A DNA stretch of 64,000 nucleotides from Octopus vulgaris (lineage: Eukaryota): contig OX597816.1 of NCBI GenBank assembly GCA_951406725.2, forward strand, positions 92,690,001 through 92,754,000, given 5' to 3'. Shown here in pieces: positions 56,061 to 64,000 of the stretch (within the stretch, counting starts at the first letter, position 1; every line of letters begins with the position of its first letter). The notes below the pieces were generated by a model that worked only from the letters and a program-made list of their open reading frames with translations, was not told where the DNA came from and ran no database searches. Made by a program: the position numbers and the translations under genes.

Positions 56061-56640
56061 GGCAAATTTTCTAACGCTTATATACTTTTAAATTTCCAAA
56101 AAAGGACAAAATAAAGTCATTACCCAGTAACGGGTAAAGAAAAACAGTTCATAACTAATAAACTTTTTATTTTCAACAATTTTAAAACCGAATTTTCTGC
56201 TCCGTAGGGTGAAAATTACTGTTTCACGAAAGACAACAGTTCAGTTCAAAGTAAAATATACAAAAATATTTCAATACTAGACAAAAACACGCGGAGCGAA
56301 CTCACATAACTTTGGTAACAACAAAATCTCGATTTACGACGCAAAAAATGTTCGGCTAGAGGTTTATTGTTTATTACAGGCACAAGGCTGAAACACAGAG
56401 GGACACAGACATGCGGCAAAAAAAATGCACGTGGAAAGATGGATGTAAAATGAATTAAATTACAATGAAAATGAGACGGCTACCGCTCCGAGATGAAACC
56501 GTGAATTCCCTTTTCCTTTAAAACTTTGCATTTTAAATGACAATTTCCAGCCCCGATCCAAGGCGAAATCGCGTCTTCTCTTTTCGTTTTCATCTTACGA
56601 TTTTAAAGCAAACGTTTTAAGCAGATGTTCATTCAAAAGT
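56060..56640 (-). mobile_element. Head-to-tail junction of two ORF1-type elements (3' tail 56362-56640 abutting a 5' end at 56361)
   Basis: Minus strand tail TGTCTGTGTCCCTCTGTGTTTCAGCCTTGTGCCTGTAATAAACAATAAAC directly followed by CTCTAGCCGAA, the same start as at 61076. Confidence 0.6.
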
Positions 56641-56649
56641 TACAGGATT

Positions 56650-58408
56650 TACTAGTCGGACGTGTTTTTGCTTCGCTGCGGTTTTTTTTTCATTTTTGGT
56701 TGCGTTGCTTTGTGCTGCCTTGCAGCAGTTTTTTAGTTTGACGCCACCATTATTTGGTGAGCGTTGCTTAGATGTAGAAAATGAAGACAGCGACGGGGAG
56801 TCGGAATTCCGTCGTCCCAGGCCTGCTGAAACAATGCGAAATGCAGACCCGCAGACAAGTGAACACGCAGACATACAGCTGCAAATAAATATGCCAGAAA
56901 AGACACATGATGGTGCAGAGTCACAGAAACAAGGAAGAACAGACATACAGATGCAGGAGGTACACAGGAGTGGAATATATTTGATAAAATATCGGTCGAC
57001 ACAAGATATAGAAGGGAAAATGAATCTTTTCTTTTTGAAGGCCAGATTTTCCTAGTTAACTAAAAAATTTGAAACTTCGTATACTGGTAGAACGTGTCAA
57101 AAGAAAACATTATTGTAAACAAAATTGTAATTTGTAACTTAAACGTAGTTTAATTTTTACGAATTTTAACCAATGAAATCCCAACATCTTCGAATATTAA
57201 CCAATGAAATCCCAACATTGCACATAGTAGTTAATATATAAGCGTACACAAACATACAAACGGACATATACAGACACACACATTCGCACACAAGCAAAAA
57301 TACACGTTGTGTTTTGCCACTTGCCGCAACAAATTTGCACAGAGGTGGGGTTGGGGTCAATGTTACATCGTTTCGGGGTCGATAAATTAAGTACCAATTA
57401 CGCACTGGTGTCGAGGATTTTTTCCCAATTCATATCACAGCTTCCGACAAGCTGGGGGCATCCTTTTATGAAAAAATATTTCGCAAATTTTTACAATACG
57501 ACTCACACTCCACGCGCAAACTCGAGACCGATTTAGGCATATTATTGTTTTGTTTTTGTTGTTTCTGGCCCTTCAAAACCATGGGAGAAGCCTTTTCGGT
57601 AAAAAAAAAAAAGAAAGAAAATATTCAAAAAATATCGTTAATATTTTTATTGGGCGACGAAATTAATCGATTTAAGAGATATAGCTGTTATTTCTAGCAC
57701 ATGTAGAAGACAGAAGAAGAGGTAAATAATTTGAGCTCGAATGCTGCGATTTCATTGGTTAAAATTCTTAAAATTAAACTACGTTTAAGTTACGAATTAC
57801 AATTTTGTTTTCAATTTTGTTTACAATAATGTTTTCTTTTGACACGTTCTACCAGTATACGAAGTTTCAAATTGTTTAGTTTACTAGGAAAATCTGGCCT
57901 TCAAAAAGAAAAGATCCGGGAAAATAACTGAAATGAAAGATATTGTTAAAGTGGACCTCTCTGAGGGTTACGATGCGGAGACGAGATGGATTTTAATGGA
58001 AATGGATAAGTACAGAGAGTTAAAAGAGGCTTTCCCATTGGATGTAAACCCACTGGGGCCCGAGGTGAATTTCGAACCCAGCGCTCAAGAGATGAACTAT
58101 GAGGAAATTAAGAACTGTATAAAATGGTAAGTGGAGTTTTATTTTGAAAAGAGCTGTTGAGATTATTTTGAAAATAACTTTTGAAAACTGATGAGATAAT
58201 TTTGAAAAGAGGTTTTGAAAAATGTTGAAATGATTTTGAAAAGATCTGTTGAAATAATTGAAATAACGTAACCCCACCGGAGCGGGGCTGAGGTAGCCGT
58301 TCCATCTTCCTTTTATAAGTTCACTATTCCATTCTTTCAAGTGTTGATTGTCCCCACATGTGTGTATTGTCCCATTTATGTTTAGCCCCTTGTGGGTAAT
58401 AAACAAAA
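56650..58408 (+). mobile_element. ORF1-only (HAL1-like) non-LTR element, internally deleted, with MITE insertion
   Basis: 5' region homologous to 58410-58580; ORF1 C-terminus ends at 58130, followed by only about 275 bp to AATAAACAAAA; no ORF2. Confidence 0.65.
57022..57917. mobile_element. MITE / non-autonomous DNA transposon with about 160-bp TIRs and 8-bp TSD
   Basis: G(A/G)ATCTTTTCTTTTTGAAGGCC termini; TSD GGGAAAAT at 57014-57021 and 57918-57925. Confidence 0.92.
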
Positions 58409-59790
58409 TCTGCGGTTCTTTTGTTGATTGAGTTGTTTTGTGCTGCTTTTCAACAGTTTTTGAGTATAACGCCACCATTGTTTGGTGAGCGTTGCTGAGA
58501 TGGAGAAAATGAAGACATATGCAGCAGCGACGGGGAGTCGGGTTTCCGTCGTCCAGGGCCTGCTGAAGCAATACGAAATGCGCTGGAATGAAGACATGGC
58601 TAAGAAATTTGGAAAATATCTGGAGATGATACAGAGAGAGGGGCCCAGCGTAAAGTTGACCCCCATCAGAAGAGGAAAAGGTGAAAATGGAAATTAAGGT
58701 GATGGAATATATATAGTTTTCAGGGGGAAATAAAAGAATAGAGAGAGCAACGAAGGAGGATGTGGAGGAGTGTTTCAAGGAATTGAAAGATGTGCCGTTT
58801 TTCACAAGAGGCAAGACATACGCGTCTGTAGAGATCACATTTGTATAGGAGGAGGCAGCAAGGAAATACGCTAATAAGATGTTAACTGGAGGAAATTGGA
58901 TTCTCTTTCCCAATCAGCTGGGTAGACGTCCAGCGAGGATTAGGGTGGGTAGGATCCTGCCGAAAATACAGCCAGAATGGGTAATGGAAGCAATTATTAC
59001 TGGAAAAAAAGAAGTAAAGGTAGTTATGATAACCAGAACCCAACATATAAATTGCTGGGTGTATGGTTTGAAGGTAGTTTGCACGGCAAGCCAGACAGTA
59101 TACAATAGCATACCGGAGACAGTGGAATCGCCAAACGAGGACAAGCTGAATATAACATTGGAAGAGAGATTCCAAAGTGCTATGAATGTGGCAAAAGAGG
59201 TCACGTTAGAAGGTGCCCAGAAAAAATGGAAAACATAGAAATGGAAACGCAAGAAAGCGTGATAGAGGAGAAGAAACAGATACAGGAAGAGGAAATAGAG
59301 AGCTGGTTTTGAGGAAGCTAAGTTAAGGAAGAGAGAACGCCGAGAATTGAACAAGGAAAGAAACATAAAGCAAAGGAGCAATTGGGATCGCTGAGGAAAG
59401 AGAGAACGAGCGGAGCATCACATAGCAAACATACAGACTCACAATCACACAAACAGACGGATTCACAGACACATAAACCCACAGACACACATACACATGG
59501 CAACATGGAAGATGACACAGAGTTGCAGATACCTGAAAGTACAGACGCACAGACGCACAGACGCCAGATGCAGACAAATATGCACACAGACATGCTGACA
59601 CAAAAAATATAGAAAAACAGAGGCAGGATAATACAGAGTTACAAAAACGAAAAAGAACAGACACAGAGACACAATAGGTACGGGGATAAAAACTATATTT
59701 GATAATTTTTAAGTCGATGAAGAAAATAGAAAAGCTGAAAGATACTGTTAAATTAAGCCTCTTGGAGGGTTATGACAAAGATGGCAATAA
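58409..59790 (+). mobile_element. ORF1 (gag-like, CCHC knuckle) non-LTR element, frameshifted, 3'-truncated
   Basis: MKTYAAAT; FFTRG; RIRVGRI; PKCYECGKRGHVRRCP at 59172-59219; low-complexity C-terminus. Confidence 0.8.
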
Positions 59791-59879
59791 AAAAAGAAGT
59801 CTTTAAAATAAATCGCGACCTATCACTTCATCTTCTCCTTTTCGCCCGCATAATGTCTTTTAATTTTGAAATTCTTTTA

Positions 59880-61076
59880 ACTTTTGAGTGTCCTAATTCA
59901 TTTAAAATCTTGCTTCTGATTGTTTCTGTATGTTTGTGGGTTTGTGAGTCTGTGAATTCGTTTGACTGTAATTCTGTTTCGTCTATGTTTATAGGTTTCC
60001 GTAATTCTGAGTTACCTTGTTTCTGCTCGTCTATACTTCAGTGCGTTTGCATGTCTGTGTATTTGTGTGTCTGTGGGTCTGAATGTTTATGTACTTGCAA
60101 GTCGTTTACTGGTGATCCTACTGGTAAATCTTCCTCGTTTCGCGTCGTAGGTTAAGTTACCACTTCTATTGCTTTGTACTTCTTCAATTCCACTGCCGTT
60201 GGTGACTTCCTCCTCTCGCTTTTTCTTGCTTTCACCTCCGCAAAATTTCCGTCTTGTTCTGTTCCTGCTGTTTCTCCACCATTATATTCTCCTGAATACT
60301 CTCCTCTACAATTTCCACTGCTGCTCTAGGACATTTCTTTCTCAGGTGCCTTCTTTCACCATATTCGTAACAATTTGGGGGTCTCTCCTCCAAAATTATC
60401 GCCAGCTTTTCTTCATTTGGTAGCTCTAAAGTTTCAGGTATTTCGTTGTAATATTTCGAGCTCACTGCACAAATTACCTCTAATCTGTGGCCCCCAACAC
60501 TTCACTTGTTGGGTTCGGATTATCGTGCCCATCTTCACGGCTTCGCTTTCCTTCTTTATCTCCGAATAAAAAATTGCGGCTATTGGATCTATCCGAGGTG
60601 GGATTTTCCCCATCCTAATTCTGACAATTCTTTTGTCCAAACAATTTGACATCAAATTCCATTTTCCTTCCCTGTATCAGCCTGATACAAAGGTTACCAC
60701 TATAGACGCATATCTATTTCCTCTCGTAAAGAACGCTATGCTGTCTCCTATATGTTCTTCCAAAATTTCTTTTATTTCTTCCTGCGGCGCGTCTTCAATT
60801 CTCTTTGTATTCGAAAATGTTCTGAATATAACCGTCTTCTTTTCCATTTTCACTTTTTCCTCCTCTGGCAGGGTCATTTTTATATTTCACCCTTTCTTCT
60901 CTACCATACTACTATATTTCTTTATCAGATCTCCATTCCACTTAAACATCTCCTGTTTCAGCACACGTGAGTCTAGAGGAACTTGACCTCCAGTAGCTAC
61001 TGCATAACTTCTCATTTCTCTCAATTAATCACTACTACCCAACAATGGTGGTTTCGCACAAAAAATTCGGCTAGAG
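59880..61076 (-). mobile_element. Divergent ORF1 (gag-like) non-LTR element, tail-to-tail with the previous copy
   Basis: MRSYAVAT; IAFFTRGNRYAS; RIRMGKIPP; IPETLELPNEEKL...PNCYEYGERRHLRKKCP. Confidence 0.8.
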
Positions 61077-61293
61077 TTTTTCAAAAAGTAAAAGAAAAAT
61101 TGTTCGCTGCCAAATTCCCCTTCGAAATATATAGTTTTCAAAATGACAACTTGTCACTGATCTATAAATTAGAAAATTATTATTTTTAAATCTCACAACG
61201 AGTGATATTCAGCAACAGTACTTTGGAGTAAAGATGTTTGCCAACATAACATAGCAGTCCTGGTTTAGGACGAATGTTATTCAACAATTATTG

Positions 61294-61334
61294 TGTGCTG
61301 ATGAAGGGAAATAACCCGGAAATCGCGATACACA
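61294..61334 (+). ncRNA. Minimal hammerhead ribozyme (isolated Penelope-type terminal repeat)
   Basis: TGTG-CTGATGA-AGGG-AAATAA-CCCG-GAAA-TCGCGA-TA-CACA; palindromic ATCGCGAT stem III. Confidence 0.7.
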
Positions 61335-61589
61335 GATATTGTTTTGAGTTGAGTCGGAGTGCTAGATCCCCTTGTTCGAAAATATAAGGACACAGATCGT
61401 ATCGTATAGCCTGCTGGAGACGTCACCTGGGGCTAAATTGCAGCAACATTCATCCTAAATCAGGACTGCCATGTTATGTTGGCAAAAATCTTTACTTTAA
61501 CGAATTGTATTATTTCAAGGCCAACTGGTATAACCTTTATATAAAATGCCTTTTATTAAGTTCTTCATCTAATGAATATGCTTAATGTA

Positions 61590-62110
61590 TTCTAGAAACT
61601 ACACTAAAATTAGTAGAACCATTCATACTTTCATTAATAATGGCTACGCTCATTCATTTTTGAGAATATCTCAACGAAATTCAAAGAGAAAATCCGGAAA
61701 CAAAGTAATCACATTGTGACCCAAAATATCTAAACAAACATTAAAAAGTAAATAGATGAAGTAAATGATAAACCAACCACGATCATTCATTATAAAGCAG
61801 CCAACAGTAACATGCTAACTCATGCAAAAGTAATGAGTGAGGTTTAGCGATGTTCATGCCAATATGATAGTTGCCAATTACGAAAAGTAATTGAAGTAAT
61901 TTCAATTTTGGAAACTTGCCCAAATCTCAATAGACACACTTTTATGCAATTGTGGCATGAGAAATCTTACAAACGCACCATATCTATACATATCACCTAA
62001 TTAGACAGAAATAGCTTTATTGTTAACACGATATTCGTAAAGGAAGATTACATAACATCAGAAAAAATTGACAAATTAGCCTTATTAAAGTAGAAGTACC
62101 TACCGTAAAA
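61590..62110 (+). pseudogene. Decayed protocadherin EC2 fragment followed by an EC1 fragment
   Basis: 61601 TLKLVEPFILSL...EYLNEIQRE resembles EPFTLS...L.EKLDRE; YLYISP/LDRNSF and LIKVEV at about 61980-62105. Confidence 0.52.
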
Positions 62111-62214
62111 ATACAACACCAAACATTGCGTACTTAATTCTGGTTATATAATACTAGACAGACATATGGGAATATATATGAGTCTATATATATATATATA
62201 TATATATCGACCCC

Positions 62215-62374
62215 CGGAATTTTTCTTTGTAAGTCTTGTACTTATTCTATCGGTCTCTTTTTCCGAACCGCTAGGTTACGGGGACATAAGCACTCCAACA
62301 TCGGTTGTCAAGCGATGGCAGGGAGACACACACACACAAACACACACATACATATACATATGTACATACAATTA

Positions 62375-62415
<41 letters not shown>

Positions 62416-62556
62416 TTCCGTCTACCGAACTCACTCACAAGGCTTTGGTCGGCTCGACTCTATAGTAGAAGATATTTGCCCAAAGTTCCACGTAGTGGGA
62501 CTGTACCCAGGACTATGGTTTGGGAAACAAGCTTCTTACCACACGGTTACGCCTCC

Positions 62557-62557
<1 letters not shown>
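62215..62557 (-). mobile_element. tRNA-derived SINE (family of 33415)
   Basis: Minus head GGAGGCGTAACCGTGTGGTAAGAAGCTTGTTTCCCAAACC; internal (TG)n. Confidence 0.85.
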
Positions 62558-62597
<40 letters not shown>

Positions 62598-62612
62598 CAC
62601 ACACACACAAAC

Positions 62613-62995
62613 GCAACGTGCCACCCGATCTGAGAATCGAACCCACGATTTAGTGATCGTGAGTGCGACAGTCTAACCACTAGGCCACGTGCTTTCACTA
62701 ATACATATATATATATATATATATAATGTATGTATGTATAAATATATGTATGTATAAATATATATCAAATATATATATATTCACTCAGCTGTAGAAATGA
62801 GTTGCGACGTCACTGGTGCTAAGCTGTATCGACCTTTGTCTTTCCCTTGGATAACACTGGTGGCGTGGAGAGGGGGGGGCTGGTATGCATGGGCGACTGC
62901 TGGTCTTCCATAGACAACCTCGCCCGGACTTGTGTCTAGAAGGGTAACTTTCTAGGTGCAATCCCATGGTCTGTGTCGTGACCGAAGGGGTCTCC
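62613..62995. mobile_element. SINE fragments: minus-strand tRNA-like head (62613-62695) and plus-strand body (62782-62995)
   Basis: TGGCCTAGTGG A-box and GGTTCGATTC B-box on the minus strand. Confidence 0.65.
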
Positions 62996-63240
62996 GATAT
63001 ATATCATACAGTACGTGCACGCGCACACACACATATACACACACTCACGTACGCAGAACTCACGCATTATTAATTACGAATAGGTTTAAGTGAATAAATT
63101 CTTTCTCTGATTCCAAAACCAAGTACAAGTACAAAATGCAAGACAGTTTGTAGCCTCTACAGGTAAGTATAAAATTCTCGTGTCTTCTGCTACTAAACCC
63201 CAAGTAGTGGCGTACTGCAAAAAATCCACTAGAAAGTTGA

Positions 63241-63319
<79 letters not shown>

Positions 63320-63322
<3 letters not shown>

Positions 63323-63851
63323 GGTCAGGCAAAATGATCTGACACATTTTTAGGTTAAATAAAAGGCATTGGTTTTCGTTTCTTTTTCAGTTGCTGCCAT
63401 GAGTTGGACTGGTGAGCATCGCGTTTTCATTGTGGAAACGTTTATCAAAACAAACGATTCTGTAACTGCAACACAAAGAGCGTTCCGTTTGCACTTCAAT
63501 CTTGGTAGACATGATCCCGTTCCAGCTCGAAACACGATCTTGTTATGGGTTACCAACTTCAGAGCTACTGGATCTGCATTGAAACGAAAATCAACCGGCC
63601 GACTAAAGATGCAATTCAAGAAATTAGTGCCATTCCACATGAAATGACCCGCCGAGTTATTGATAACTTTCGTGAACGCCTTCGACAGTGTGTGGAGAAT
63701 AATGGATCCCATTTGACTGATTTAATTTTTAAAACATAATGAAACAAAATGGCATTATATGTACTTTTCAAAAATAAAAACACTTTTTTGTTTCTTTACT
63801 TCATTTGCCTTTTATTTAACCTACAAATGTGTCAGATCATTTTGCCTGACC

Positions 63852-63854
<3 letters not shown>
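63320..63854 (+). mobile_element. Internally deleted rosa/DD41D-like Tc1/mariner element
   Basis: About 30-bp TIRs CAGGGTCAGGCAAAATGATCTGACACATTT inside (TA)n; N-terminal MSWTGEHRVFIVETF...TQRAFR (DUF4817-like HTH) fused to C-terminal NFRERLRQCVENNGSHL. Confidence 0.9.
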
Positions 63855-63896
<42 letters not shown>

Positions 63897-63916
63897 CATA
63901 CATACATACATACATA

Positions 63917-64000
63917 CAAGGTGGGGCTGAAAAGTTCCTGGCTTTGGGTGAAAGAAAATACAGGAGGATCAGTTAGTTATGATTTCAGTCAACATGTTTC
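63917..64000. mobile_element. mariner-like terminal sequence truncated by the window end
   Basis: TA + CAAGGTGGGGCTGAAAAGTTCCTGGCT, a mariner-type TIR. Confidence 0.6.

Noticed and set aside
58020-58913. Longest ORF (297 aa, minus)
   Set aside because: Antisense to the ORF1-type retroelements and spans a junction between two elements

Overview
AT-rich, microsatellite-dense eukaryotic DNA, most likely from an octopod cephalopod (inferred from the repeat families and protocadherin-type remnants; no search was run). I see no intact protein-coding gene; most listed ORFs are microsatellite artefacts or antisense to transposons. Two layers stand out. (1) Much of the non-repeat sequence appears to be a densely packed array of about 30 heavily decayed protocadherin 5' fragments (signal peptide and EC1, sometimes EC2-EC3), nearly all on the + strand, with one inverted block at about 40.3-42.1 kb. 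They were recognised by eye, across stops and frameshifts, against a cephalopod EC1 pattern recalled from memory (VDITYHV.E...GTYIGDIAADT...TGKLYT.QTLDAE.LC.YNTECF...SFIKIL.IKVIIED.NDH.PEFP..QV.I.F.E) and need HMM confirmation. (2) Interspersed mobile elements: Penelope-like elements with several minimal hammerhead ribozymes (including a 365-nt tandem retrozyme-like unit and a tRNA-headed hammerhead element), Dong/R4, Tx1/L1 and RTE LINEs, a cluster of ORF1-only (HAL1-like) elements sharing a 3' tail with a SINE, tRNA-derived SINEs, mariner, maT and rosa-type DNA transposons, and a MITE with an 8-bp TSD. Boundaries of decayed features are approximate.
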